The notes under the pieces are model-generated. The model searched no databases. It was not told where the DNA came from and saw only the letters and a list, made by a program, of their open reading frames with translations. From NCBI GenBank assembly GCA_965246945.1, contig CBDFFW010000001.1, forward strand, positions 1,064,311 to 1,128,310: a stretch of DNA of 64,000 nt. The letters run 5' to 3'. Below are positions 10,245 through 20,576 of the stretch, in pieces. This DNA is from Alphaproteobacteria bacterium (GTDB lineage: Bacteria; Pseudomonadota; Alphaproteobacteria; UBA11073). Positions within the stretch are counted from its first letter, which is position 1. Every line of letters starts with the position of its first letter. The position numbers and the translations under genes are program-made.

Positions 10245-10709
10245 ATGTTACTTGATCTGCACTTAATGCTCATTCAGAGCAAGTTTAATCGCGATATTAC
10301 CGATCAGTTGGTCGATGGTGCGGTAAAGGTGCTGGAGCGCCATAAGGCCAGTTACGAGCATTACTTGGTGCCAGGTGCGTTTGAAACACCTGCCGCCATT
10401 CAATTTGCGATCAAAGGCATGGAATTTGCCAAAGCCCGCCGCCGTTTCAGCGGTTATATTCCGCTCGCTTGCATTATTAAAGGCGAAACCAAACATTTTG
10501 ACTTAGTCGCCGACGAAGTTTTCCGCGCGATTAGCGATCTTTCATTGCGTTACACTATTGCGATTGGCAATGGCATTTTAACAACTGATACTTATGACCA
10601 GGCGCTGGAGCGTGCGAATACCCAAGGCCGTAACTGGGGCGGTTTAGCCGCTGAAACCTGCATCGATATGATTGAGCTGAAAAGTAAATTTGCATTGCTG
10701 CGTGGTTAA
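10245..10709 (+). CDS. ribH: 6,7-dimethyl-8-ribityllumazine synthase, copy 1
   Basis: 154 aa lumazine-synthase fold (…GAFETPAAIQFAIKG…IPLACIIKGETKHFDLVADE…). Confidence 0.8.
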   Translation: MLLDLHLMLIQSKFNRDITDQLVDGAVKVLERHKASYEHYLVPGAFETPAAIQFAIKGMEFAKARRRFSGYIPLACIIKGETKHFDLVADEVFRAISDLSLRYTIAIGNGILTTDTYDQALERANTQGRNWGGLAAETCIDMIELKSKFALLRG

Positions 10710-10712
10710 TTA

Positions 10713-11177
10713 ATGTTGGGTGATTTGCATTTCATGATTATTCAAAGTGAAGCGAATCGTGAAATAACAGATAAACTAGCCGCTGGTGCGATTACCAAGA
10801 TTGAAGAAAATCACGGCAGCTATGAAATTTATTACGTTTCGCAATCACTAGAATTGGGTTTAGCCATCCAATATGCCATTAAAGGCTTGGAATTTACCAA
10901 AGCACGCCGCGCATTTTCCGGTTACATTCCACTGGCTTGCCTAGTTAAAGAGCAAACCACAAATTTTGATTTAATAGCGACTGAGGCGCTGCGTGGAATT
11001 ATTGATTTGGGCATGCGCTATACTATCGCGCTAGGTAATGGCTTATTGATTTGCGATACGGTTGAACAAGCACAAAAGCAAAGTAATTCTAATGCGCAAA
11101 ATTATGGGGCAATTGCCGCCAGCCAGTGTTTCCGAGCGATTGAATTAAAAAGCCAATTTTCACTGCTGCGTAAATAA
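10713..11177 (+). CDS. ribH: 6,7-dimethyl-8-ribityllumazine synthase, tandem paralogue (copy 2)
   Basis: Also 154 aa, roughly 50% identical to copy 1 over the full length, starting 3 nt after its stop. Confidence 0.8.
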   Translation: MLGDLHFMIIQSEANREITDKLAAGAITKIEENHGSYEIYYVSQSLELGLAIQYAIKGLEFTKARRAFSGYIPLACLVKEQTTNFDLIATEALRGIIDLGMRYTIALGNGLLICDTVEQAQKQSNSNAQNYGAIAASQCFRAIELKSQFSLLRK

Positions 11178-12476
11178 CCAAGTATTGGCATCGGCGGCGA
11201 TTTGTTCGCCGGTTTGCATATTTTTAACTTCATCACCAGCCCCATCAGCGCCCAAAAACCACACATACGGAATACTTTTTTTATCGGCATAACCCAATTG
11301 TTTCTGCACCTTTTGCGCTGCGTGATAGACTTCAACATTTAATCCGCGGGCACGAAAATCTTGGGCAAGTGCTTGGGCGCGCGGGCGGTCTTCCTCATTT
11401 AACAATGCGATTAAAATTTGGGTTGGAGAGGCAGGTATTGGTTGAATATGGCCTTCCTTAAGCAGCTTGCTGAATAGCCGCGTTAAACCGAAGGAAATGC
11501 CAACGCCTGGTAAATGCTTGTTGATATAAGAACCTGCCAAGTCATCATACCGGCCGCCGGCAATCACGGTGCCGAAATCGGGATAGCTGGTAAATTTTCC
11601 TTCATAGACGGTGCCGGTGTAATAATCCAAACCGCGCGCGATGCCGAGATTGGCGGCAACCGCACCGGCCGGTAAATCTTTCAAGTAAGACATCACAAAA
11701 CTAAGTTCTTCCATACCTTGCGCCAGCAATGCATGGGAAACGCCAAGGGCACTCACCTGTTGCGCAAAACCATTATCACTGGTTTTAATTTGCGCCAAGG
11801 CCAAGGCTTTGTTGGCAGCTTCAGCGTGCATACCCAAAGTTTGCAATTCCGCATGCACCATATCGGCGCTGGCTTTATCAAGTTTATCCAGCGCGCGAAT
11901 GGCGGCCATGGGTTCGGCCACATCCAAACCGCGCAAAAAGCCTTCGAGAATTTTGCGGTTGTTAAGATGGATTTGCACATCGCTAATTTTAAGCGCGGTT
12001 AGCAAATCAAACATGATCAACGGCATTTCCCCATCAAAATGCAGCGGTAGTTGATCAACTGCAATCACATCAATATCGCATTGGTAAAACTCACGGAAAC
12101 GCCCTTCTTGCGGGCGTTCACCGCGCCAAACGCGTTGAAGCTGATAACGTTTAAATGGAAAGCTGAGATTATTAAAATGCTGCGCCACATAACGCGCCAT
12201 CGGTACGGTTAAATCAAAATGCAGGGCCAGGCGCGCTTCCTTGGCTTCATCCGGATCGGTATGCAAGCGTTGCAAGACATATAATTCTTTGTCAGTTGCG
12301 CCTTTAGCATCAATCACTTCCAAAGCTTCCACACTTGGCGTTTCCAAGTTAATAAAGCCATAACTTTCAAACACGCGGCGAATGGTATCAAGCCATTGCA
12401 ATTCCACCCGCCGAATTTCCGGACTCCATTCAGGGAAACCACTGATTGGCTGGGGTTTGTGAATTACTTTGCTCAT
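11160..12476 (-). CDS. hisS: Histidine--tRNA ligase
   Basis: 438 aa. Class II motifs including RGLDYYTGTVYE, and a C-terminal anticodon-binding domain (...VKNMQTGEQ). Its 3' end overlaps the ribH copy 2 stop by 18 nt, convergently. Confidence 0.85.
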   Translation of the reverse strand: MSKVIHKPQPISGFPEWSPEIRRVELQWLDTIRRVFESYGFINLETPSVEALEVIDAKGATDKELYVLQRLHTDPDEAKEARLALHFDLTVPMARYVAQHFNNLSFPFKRYQLQRVWRGERPQEGRFREFYQCDIDVIAVDQLPLHFDGEMPLIMFDLLTALKISDVQIHLNNRKILEGFLRGLDVAEPMAAIRALDKLDKASADMVHAELQTLGMHAEAANKALALAQIKTSDNGFAQQVSALGVSHALLAQGMEELSFVMSYLKDLPAGAVAANLGIARGLDYYTGTVYEGKFTSYPDFGTVIAGGRYDDLAGSYINKHLPGVGISFGLTRLFSKLLKEGHIQPIPASPTQILIALLNEEDRPRAQALAQDFRARGLNVEVYHAAQKVQKQLGYADKKSIPYVWFLGADGAGDEVKNMQTGEQIAADANTWLFTQQ

Positions 12477-12508
12477 GGTTTTAGCATAATAAACAAAATT
12501 CCAGCTGA

Positions 12509-12766
12509 CTATTTTTCTAATAATTGTTGATTATATTTTGCCCAGCCTTGGCGGATAATTTCTAAATGTTCTTCCTTGATGTAACTTGGATAGCGGTAGT
12601 TGGGATAGGTGCCATTGCTATCGATAATTTTTTTTACTTCCGCATTCATTAAATTTTTTAAGATTTCAGGATCCGATAACAGATTGGATTTTGGCCCATT
12701 CATCTGGTTGGAAGATGGTGGTTGTGCCATCGCTTGATAATAAGGCAATTTGTTGAAAATTACCAT
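12509..12766 (-). CDS. Small hypothetical ORF overlapping the 3' end of the zeta-like gene
   Basis: The 85 aa ORF overlaps the upstream gene by 100 nt in another frame. An internal Met at 12649 would give a 46 aa product that does not overlap. No family recognised. Confidence 0.2.
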   Translation of the reverse strand: MVIFNKLPYYQAMAQPPSSNQMNGPKSNLLSDPEILKNLMNAEVKKIIDSNGTYPNYRYPSYIKEEHLEIIRQGWAKYNQQLLEK

Positions 12767-13250
12767 TATTCATATAAATGATCGTTTGGTTGCATAGCGG
12801 CATGAAAAGCTTGAATAAATAATGTAAGCCACGCTGATAACGGCGGCGGATATCTACTTCCGGCACATTATGGCCGCCTTTTAAAGCGCGGGTTTCAACG
12901 CGTTCAATCGCTAATTCGATATTTGGCACCCAAAGATAAATAAGTTGAATAATATATCCATTGGCTTTGGCTGTTTTTATTTTTTTAGCCAATGTCTGCG
13001 ATGATAAGGTTGTTTCGCTAACGAAACTTTGTTTCTGCGCAATCAACTCATCCATGCGTTTCAGCATGGTTTTGCCAGCGGTAATTGCGGCAGCCGCAGG
13101 GTCAAAAGGCGAAAGCCCTTTGGCGATTTCATCCGTATTTAAAAATAACGATGTGTTAAAAGCGGTTGGCAGTAAACCATAAGCTGCGGTTGTTTTACCC
13201 GCACCGTTGGGCCCAGCAATAATTGTCCAAACGGGTGATTGATCTATCAT
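12666..13250 (-). CDS. Zeta-toxin / AAA_33-like P-loop kinase
   Basis: Walker A IIAGPNGAGKTTAA at the N-terminus, Walker-B-like SFVSETTLS, and a size and layout typical of the zeta-toxin (UNAG kinase) family. No antitoxin-sized ORF lies upstream. Confidence 0.65.
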   Translation of the reverse strand: MIDQSPVWTIIAGPNGAGKTTAAYGLLPTAFNTSLFLNTDEIAKGLSPFDPAAAAITAGKTMLKRMDELIAQKQSFVSETTLSSQTLAKKIKTAKANGYIIQLIYLWVPNIELAIERVETRALKGGHNVPEVDIRRRYQRGLHYLFKLFMPLCNQTIIYMNNGNFQQIALLSSDGTTTIFQPDEWAKIQSVIGS

Positions 13251-13285
13251 TGGTCTTATTAACTAAAAAACCCGCATGGCGCAAA

Positions 13286-13451
13286 CTGACAGTGAAACTG
13301 TCATCCCGGACAAGAGAAGCGAAAGCGGAGCTTGAGTGGATCGCAGATCCGGGACCCAAAGAATATTACGTGCGCAGCAAAGCTGCACGCTTTATTTCTT
13401 TAGATCCCGGGTCAGCCGTTCGGCTATGCCTCACTGCCCGGGATGACAGTG
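13286..13451. repeat. Family B palindromic element, copy B1 (long-arm variant)
   Basis: The arms are GTCATCCCGG..N27..CCGGGATC on the left and its reverse complement on the right. It sits between the zeta-like gene and the rpsA 3' end. Confidence 0.8.
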
Positions 13452-13453
13452 TC

Positions 13454-15295
13454 TTATTCTTCGTCGGTTTCAGCCGTTTCACTGTCTTGGTTAGTTGTTT
13501 GGGCTTTGCGCAAGGCAGCACCTAAAATGCTACCTAAAGATGCGCCGGATTCGGATGAACCAAACTCGGCAATCGCCGCTTTTTCTTCGGCGAATTCATG
13601 CGCTTTGATTGATAGTTCGATGCGTTTGGCTGATTTCATCACTGCGATGATTTTGGCATCAACCTTATCGCCCACGGCAAAACGGTTGGTGCGCTGCTCT
13701 GCGCGGTCACGTGACAATTCAGCCCGTTTGATGATGCCGTAGATTTTGTCGTTCACCAACACTTCGATATTATCATCCCGCACGGCAGTTACCGTACCTG
13801 TTACCACATCACTTTTTTTCAGGGAGTTAATCGCGGTCATGGCCGGATCTTCACCCGTTAATTGCTTGATGCCAAGGGCAACACGTTCGCGGTCGGTATC
13901 GACATCCAAAACGCGGGCGGTGACTTGTGCACCTTTGGCGTAAGCTTTAACGGCTTCTTCACCCGTTTGATCCCATGACAAATCATTGATGTTGATCATG
14001 CCATCCACACCACCTGGCAGGGCGATGAACATCCCCAGTTCAGTAATGTTAACGAGCTCGCCGGTGTAATCCGAACCAGCAGGGTGGGTTTTGGCAAACT
14101 CAACCCATGGGTTATCGCTAAGTTGTTTGAGACCCAGGGAAATGCGGCGTTTTTCACGGTCGACTTCCAAAATTTGCGCTTCAATGGTTTGGCCTTCTTG
14201 CACAAATTTGGCTGGATCATTCTGCAATTTGCGATTCCAGGTCATTTCCGCGACATGGATCATACCTTCCATGCCATCGCCAAAAGTAACATAGGCGCCC
14301 AAATCGGTCACGCCGGTTACTTCACCTTTGATTTTTTGACCGACCTGTAATTGGTCATCTTTGCCTTCCCATGGATCGGCTTGCAATTGCTTCATGCCCA
14401 AGGAAATCCGTTGGCTTTCGCGGTTGAAACGAATCACCACGACTTCCACTTGCTGGCCAATGGTCAATGCATCGGATGGGTGGTTGAGACGCTGCCAAGA
14501 AATATCGGTCATATGCAATAAACCGTCAACGCCGCCCAGATCAATAAACGCGCCGTAATCGGTGATGTTTTTCACAGTACCGGTGAGTTGTTGGCCTTCA
14601 CGCAGGTCTGAAATCAATTCAGCCCGCGCATCCGCACGGGTTTCTTCAAGCACAGCGCGACGAGAGACAACGATATTGCCGCGCGCACGATCCATTTTCA
14701 AAAGCACGAAAGGCTGCGCTACATTCATCAATGGATTGGTATCTTTTAATGGACGGATATCTAATTGCGAGCCAGGCAAGAACGCAATCGCGCCGTTAAG
14801 ATCAACGGTAAAGCCGCCTTTGACTTTGCTGAAAATGGTGCCCATAACATGTTTGCCAGTAATATGGGCTTCTTCCAATTCCACCCAGATTTCTTCGCGG
14901 CGCGCCCGTTCGCGGGATAGCACCGCTTCGCCTTCTTTGCCTTCAATTTTGTCGACATAGACATCGACCAGGTCGCCAATCTGCACGGTAGTGGCATCGT
15001 CGCCCGCACCGAATTCACGGCGTGGTACGCGGCCTTCAGCTTTCATGCCAACATCGACCATTACGAAATCATGGGTGATATCGACAACAAGACCTTTAAC
15101 CACTGAGCCTTCAATCGAAGGGCCGCTGCCAAAATTTTCATTTAGCAGATTAGTAAATTTTTCTTTTTCTGCAGGAACGTAACCAGGTAATGGGAAATCC
15201 AAGCCATGGACATATTTACGGGTTTGGCCTTTGGCCACTTGAGATGCGCGCGGCATATTGGGGTGTCTTTCGTTTGGTTGTGTCATTCCGGACAA
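13454..15295 (-). CDS. rpsA: 30S ribosomal protein S1
   Basis: 613 aa with six S1 domains. Both ends of the ORF run into family B repeats, so the true start is probably the internal Met (MTQPNE..., near 15286) or later. Confidence 0.9.
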   Translation of the reverse strand: MSGMTQPNERHPNMPRASQVAKGQTRKYVHGLDFPLPGYVPAEKEKFTNLLNENFGSGPSIEGSVVKGLVVDITHDFVMVDVGMKAEGRVPRREFGAGDDATTVQIGDLVDVYVDKIEGKEGEAVLSRERARREEIWVELEEAHITGKHVMGTIFSKVKGGFTVDLNGAIAFLPGSQLDIRPLKDTNPLMNVAQPFVLLKMDRARGNIVVSRRAVLEETRADARAELISDLREGQQLTGTVKNITDYGAFIDLGGVDGLLHMTDISWQRLNHPSDALTIGQQVEVVVIRFNRESQRISLGMKQLQADPWEGKDDQLQVGQKIKGEVTGVTDLGAYVTFGDGMEGMIHVAEMTWNRKLQNDPAKFVQEGQTIEAQILEVDREKRRISLGLKQLSDNPWVEFAKTHPAGSDYTGELVNITELGMFIALPGGVDGMININDLSWDQTGEEAVKAYAKGAQVTARVLDVDTDRERVALGIKQLTGEDPAMTAINSLKKSDVVTGTVTAVRDDNIEVLVNDKIYGIIKRAELSRDRAEQRTNRFAVGDKVDAKIIAVMKSAKRIELSIKAHEFAEEKAAIAEFGSSESGASLGSILGAALRKAQTTNQDSETAETDEE

Positions 15296-15410
15296 GAGTA
15301 GCGAGGCGAAGGCCGAGCGGATCGCAGATCCGGAATCTAGGAGTTAATATGTGCGAAGCTTTGCTTCGCGCTTTGTTTAGTCACTAGATCCCGACTTTCG
15401 TCGGGATGAC
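15282..15410. repeat. Family B palindromic element, copy B2
   Basis: The left arm is the long variant (GTCATTCCGGACAAGAG...GATCCGGAATC). The right arm is the short variant (CACTAGATCCCGACTTTCGTCGGGATGAC). It sits between cmk and rpsA. Confidence 0.85.
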
Positions 15411-15436
15411 GGCCTTTGGCCGCCTGTGCAAAAACA

Positions 15437-16162
15437 TTAGCCAGCTGCTACCGCTGCCGGCAAAAGATGCGGATACACATGGCCGACCACACCGAGTGCT
15501 TGAGATAAGACCTCCTCAGCACTGAGATTGGTGGTGTCGATAACGACAGCGTCGGCCGCGGGGCGAAGCGGGGCGGTGGCGCGGGTTTGATCCCGTGTAT
15601 CCCGTTCCAGCAATTCAGCCAGCACCTGTTCTTGCGTAACGGCATGGCCCAGGTTTTGCAACTCTTGTGTGCGTCTTTGTGCGCGCGCGTTGATATCGGC
15701 CGTAATATACAGTTTGATCGGTGCATCTGGGCACACCACGGTGCCGATATCGCGGCCATCCAACACTGCGCCTTGGCCAACCGGCGGCTGGGCGGCGAAG
15801 TTGCGTTGCAGATCAAGCAGAGCAGCGCGCACGCCAGGAAAGGCGGAGATTTGCGAGGCGCGCTGGGCGACCTCATCAGCGCGCAAAGCTAGATTACGTA
15901 AATCATCTGCATTAAAATGTTCGGCCATATTTTGCGCGAGTACCTGAATGGCGGCCTCATCATCGGCAGTAATAAAATGACTGAGGGTTTGATAGGCTAC
16001 TGCGCGGTATAAAGCGCCGGTTTCCAGCCAGGCAAAGCCAAGGGTGCTGGCCAATTGCCGCGCCAGCGTGCCTTTACCACTGGCGGTTGGCCCATCAATT
16101 GCGATGACAAAAACTGGTTTATTCACCCTGACGCTTGTAGCTGGAAAACGAAGAATTGTCAT
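15437..16162 (-). CDS. cmk: Cytidylate kinase
   Basis: VIAIDGPTASGKGTLARQLA P-loop and the conserved cmk-rpsA gene order. The start was chosen at the internal Met (MTILRF...). The longest ORF would extend to 16213 and overlap the upstream gene. Confidence 0.85.
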   Translation of the reverse strand: MTILRFPATSVRVNKPVFVIAIDGPTASGKGTLARQLASTLGFAWLETGALYRAVAYQTLSHFITADDEAAIQVLAQNMAEHFNADDLRNLALRADEVAQRASQISAFPGVRAALLDLQRNFAAQPPVGQGAVLDGRDIGTVVCPDAPIKLYITADINARAQRRTQELQNLGHAVTQEQVLAELLERDTRDQTRATAPLRPAADAVVIDTTNLSAEEVLSQALGVVGHVYPHLLPAAVAAG

Positions 16163-16178
16163 CTTTCGCTTGCTTAGA

Positions 16179-18359
16179 TTAATTACCACCCATTGGTTGT
16201 AGTGTGGCTGCACTATTCCCTTTAGTGGCCAGTGGTGATGCTACAGGAGCTCCGACAGGCAGCTGGCCGCCAACTGTAGTTGCCGCATCACGAGAGTGCA
16301 TCTTATGAGGGCTTCCCATTGATGGATTGGTAACATTGGTACCGGCTGGCGATAAAGTTGGAGGTGCACCTTGTGCGGCCAGCCCAGCAAAGTCAAAACC
16401 TCCGGCAGCTTGAGCCGCACGCGCGCTAAGGAATGTTTTATCCGCGTCGGACAAGGCTGCCGGATCGATAGGAGGCGGATTGGCGAAAGTGATTGAAGGG
16501 TCAGTTGGATCGGTAGCAAAAGTATTATCAGTAGGTGCAACTGCAGCATTTGGATTGCTGGCCGTCGTTGCACCTAATGGTTGGCCTGTAAGTTGGGCGT
16601 AGGCTTGCTGAGTTTCAGCATCCAGGGTTTTACCATGGGCGTGCAATGTTTCAGCAAAGAATTTGAAGTCTTGGATTGATTTTGGACTGTTGTTTTGGGG
16701 CTTAACATTATAAACGTCTAAATCAAATGCCAATGCGGTTTGCACGGCCATCATACGCGTACGGTCATCTGCATTGCTGACGCTAACTTGCTGTTGGCCA
16801 ATGGTTAATTGAGAGGTCGCTGTCACATCGAAACGCACCGAACCATCAGCAAGCTGAGTGGCCGTGGTATAGTTATCTTGTAGAACAGCAGCGTAAAACG
16901 CGGGGGCATTTGGAATTTGTAAATTCGGAAGTGCAGCTATTACTGCGTTTTCATCTAATGCCGTGCCTGATCCAGTTGCTGGTGCAGCTGAGGCTGAACC
17001 GCCACCGCCAATAGTTACGCCTCCCGAAGGAGGCGCTGAGCCACCTCCTTGAACATTTGCACCGCCACTACCACCCAAATCATTGCCAGGAGCATTGCTG
17101 TTTATAAAATCATTTGGTTTAAAACGCGCAGTTGCACCAGCCCAATAGTCAACATCCAGTTTTGGATCAGTTAGATAGTTGAATTCATAGCCAAATTTAT
17201 CGGTTAATTCAGCGTTTAAAGCAGCAAGACGACGAAAAAATTCGGCTTTTTTAATTTCTCCAGCTTCTAATTCAGCATATAGATCAAGTACTTTAACATT
17301 ATGAGCATGCTGCGCTTTTAAATCTTGAATTATTTTTTCGCTCGCTATTTGGCCTGCAACACTGTGAAGAATTGCAAGCGTATCTTCATTTAAATTAAGC
17401 TCTTTAGCGATATCAGTGTAATTTAAATGGGTTTTTTCTAATTCATTTTCAGCAATATGATCTAAAAATTTCTGTAACTCTATTGAATAAGAAGATCCAC
17501 TATCAATTTCTTTTTGTATCAAACCGATAAAAGTTAGACCTTCATAATATGATAGCCAGTTATAACCACCTACATCATATGAAAGATCAATAAATGCTTT
17601 TAAATCTTCTGCAGTTGTATAAGTTTTTTCGCCAAAAACATTTGGACGTACCATCAACATTGCACTTTCATCGGGTACGCTATCGAATTGGCCACCTTTA
17701 ATTTTTAATACTTCTTCCCCTTCTTCATTCGGCCAACGCAACATAGTCCCCAAAATAGGTAATGCATCTGTTTGGTCAGCATAATAGCGCGCTAATCGGG
17801 CAGGAGCGCGATTTCCATCTTCAACAGGCGCACCTAAATCGCCAACTTCTAAGGCGTTACCTTTAATGTTTTCTGCCCCAACATCAGCTTCAATATTTTG
17901 ATGCGCGGTTTTAACTAAGTCTAAATATAAGCTACTGTTGCCATTTCTAAATTCTTCACCTACAGCCCCATAACTATTTAGGATAAAACCTGTTTCAGGA
18001 TGGTACATACGCAAGGCTGCACCAACGACTTCCGGTTCTTTAGCATTGATATCACCGCGAATAACAACATAAGCGTAATGCTTATTGTCGTAATCAGACT
18101 CGCCAACCAAATTGTTTTTGGTTAGTTGCCATTCAATATCAGCAGGCCAGGTCTCAAAATCAGGTTGAGCGATTAAAAAGTCACGTGCGCCACGTGCTAA
18201 GTTACCAAGCAAACTTGGATCTTCATCAAATTCAGCATCTTTTTTACCCTGCTTATTTTTGGGTAATTCATGTAAGCGAACTACGATTAATTTTTCACCG
18301 TTTGCTTCAACTTCTTGGGCGTAAGGCGGTAATTTTTTAAAAGGAATAGAAAAAGCCAT
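16179..18359 (-). CDS. Large hypothetical protein (726 aa) with a Gly/Ser linker and an Ala/Pro/Thr-rich tail
   Basis: No signal peptide and no recognisable catalytic motif. The N-terminal two thirds is encoded by strongly AT-rich DNA (about 17.2-18.36 kb). It contains GGSGGANVQGGGSAPPSGGVTIGGGGSASAAP. The tail is low-complexity (…NPNAAVAPTDNTFATDPTDPSITFANPPPIDPAAL…). Confidence 0.55.
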   Translation of the reverse strand: MAFSIPFKKLPPYAQEVEANGEKLIVVRLHELPKNKQGKKDAEFDEDPSLLGNLARGARDFLIAQPDFETWPADIEWQLTKNNLVGESDYDNKHYAYVVIRGDINAKEPEVVGAALRMYHPETGFILNSYGAVGEEFRNGNSSLYLDLVKTAHQNIEADVGAENIKGNALEVGDLGAPVEDGNRAPARLARYYADQTDALPILGTMLRWPNEEGEEVLKIKGGQFDSVPDESAMLMVRPNVFGEKTYTTAEDLKAFIDLSYDVGGYNWLSYYEGLTFIGLIQKEIDSGSSYSIELQKFLDHIAENELEKTHLNYTDIAKELNLNEDTLAILHSVAGQIASEKIIQDLKAQHAHNVKVLDLYAELEAGEIKKAEFFRRLAALNAELTDKFGYEFNYLTDPKLDVDYWAGATARFKPNDFINSNAPGNDLGGSGGANVQGGGSAPPSGGVTIGGGGSASAAPATGSGTALDENAVIAALPNLQIPNAPAFYAAVLQDNYTTATQLADGSVRFDVTATSQLTIGQQQVSVSNADDRTRMMAVQTALAFDLDVYNVKPQNNSPKSIQDFKFFAETLHAHGKTLDAETQQAYAQLTGQPLGATTASNPNAAVAPTDNTFATDPTDPSITFANPPPIDPAALSDADKTFLSARAAQAAGGFDFAGLAAQGAPPTLSPAGTNVTNPSMGSPHKMHSRDAATTVGGQLPVGAPVASPLATKGNSAATLQPMGGN

Positions 18360-18431
18360 ACCAATTTATGCCATAGAGAAGTTGCTGAAAGCTAGCGAAA
18401 ATAATAGTTGCATTAATATTTCATGGCATTG

Positions 18432-19484
<1,053 letters not shown>

Positions 19485-19498
19485 CTATACTGGCACAC

Positions 19499-19858
19499 AT
19501 GCTTAATGAACGTCGCTTTACATCTTACGACAAATCGCATGGTTACCATGCTTGGGTGCTGGCAATACAGCTTTTCTTTAGTATGCTGTTAGCGGCTTCA
19601 TTTTATTACTATTTATGGCTGTATAGCAGCACGGAAATCCCCAATGGGATGATTAGCTACTTCCATGCCATGCTGGGAATTTTTATCACGGCTTCATCTT
19701 TAATGGCGGCGATTTACTTTTACCAGTGGCGGCAGGTGGCTTTGCAAGGTGTGTTGTGCGTGTGTCTGCTGATGGAAGGTTTGCTGCTGGTTTCACCGAT
19801 TATTTGGAGCACAGTGTTCAAGCATCCGCTGGTTACCAGTTTTAACAGCTTTATTTAG
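19499..19858 (+). CDS. Hypothetical small membrane protein
   Basis: Three or four predicted TM helices. No known family. Confidence 0.3.
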   Translation: MLNERRFTSYDKSHGYHAWVLAIQLFFSMLLAASFYYYLWLYSSTEIPNGMISYFHAMLGIFITASSLMAAIYFYQWRQVALQGVLCVCLLMEGLLLVSPIIWSTVFKHPLVTSFNSFI

Positions 19859-19895
19859 ACTTTTCCTGCTGGTAGTTTTCGTATAGCACAAGAAA

Positions 19896-20567
19896 GTGCT
19901 TCTCGACGCGTTTGACATCATTATCCGGTACCATGAAGGCTTTTTAAAAGGCTTGTGGGTTACTTTGCAGCTGGCCAGTATTATTTGGACGGTTGGCTTG
20001 GCCGGTGGCACTTTAATCGGTTTATTGGCGGCGCGGCAGCCGACAAGTTATGGGCGCGGGCTGAGCGTTGCTGGATTTATCTTGGGCGGTCTGCCAACCC
20101 TGGTGCTGTTATTCTGGTTGCATTACCCGCTGCAAGCCATGTTGCATGTCGTGATTGATCCGTTTTTCACGGCGGCCTTTTGTTTTAGCATGTTAAACAT
20201 TTTGGCGGTGGCCGAAATTGTGCGCAGCGCGATTGGCGATTTTCCCAAACAATATGTACAGGCTGCCAAAGTTTGCGGGCTGTCGTCTAAACAAACTTTT
20301 TGGAAAATTGAATTGCCATTGATTTTAAGGCAATGCCTGCCAGCCTTACTGCTATCGCAAGTGGGCATGCTGCATTTAACCTTGTTTGCCAGCCTCATTT
20401 CGGTGGAAGAAATTTTTCGGGTGGCCCAGCGTATTAATGCCAGTATTTATAAGCCGATTGAAATTTATACCGCGCTCGGCATGTTCTTTTTACTGGTTTG
20501 CCTGCCGGTGAATGGTTTTGCTTATTTGTTAAAGAAAAAATACACGCGGAATATTTCGGAACAGTAA
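19896..20567 (+). CDS. Polar amino-acid ABC transporter permease (HisM/GlnP-like), orphan
   Basis: EAA-loop region EIVRSAIGDFPKQYVQAAKVCGLSSKQTFWKIELPL. No ATPase or binding-protein gene is adjacent. Confidence 0.65.
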   Translation: MLLDAFDIIIRYHEGFLKGLWVTLQLASIIWTVGLAGGTLIGLLAARQPTSYGRGLSVAGFILGGLPTLVLLFWLHYPLQAMLHVVIDPFFTAAFCFSMLNILAVAEIVRSAIGDFPKQYVQAAKVCGLSSKQTFWKIELPLILRQCLPALLLSQVGMLHLTLFASLISVEEIFRVAQRINASIYKPIEIYTALGMFFLLVCLPVNGFAYLLKKKYTRNISEQ

Positions 20568-20576
20568 TTGAATGGG

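Noticed and set aside
10181-10245. GGTGCTGTT between ribB and ribH resembles the start of the SRP RNA domain IV motif.
   Set aside because: The similarity ends after 9 nt and no helix 8 structure can be drawn, so it is not an ffs gene.
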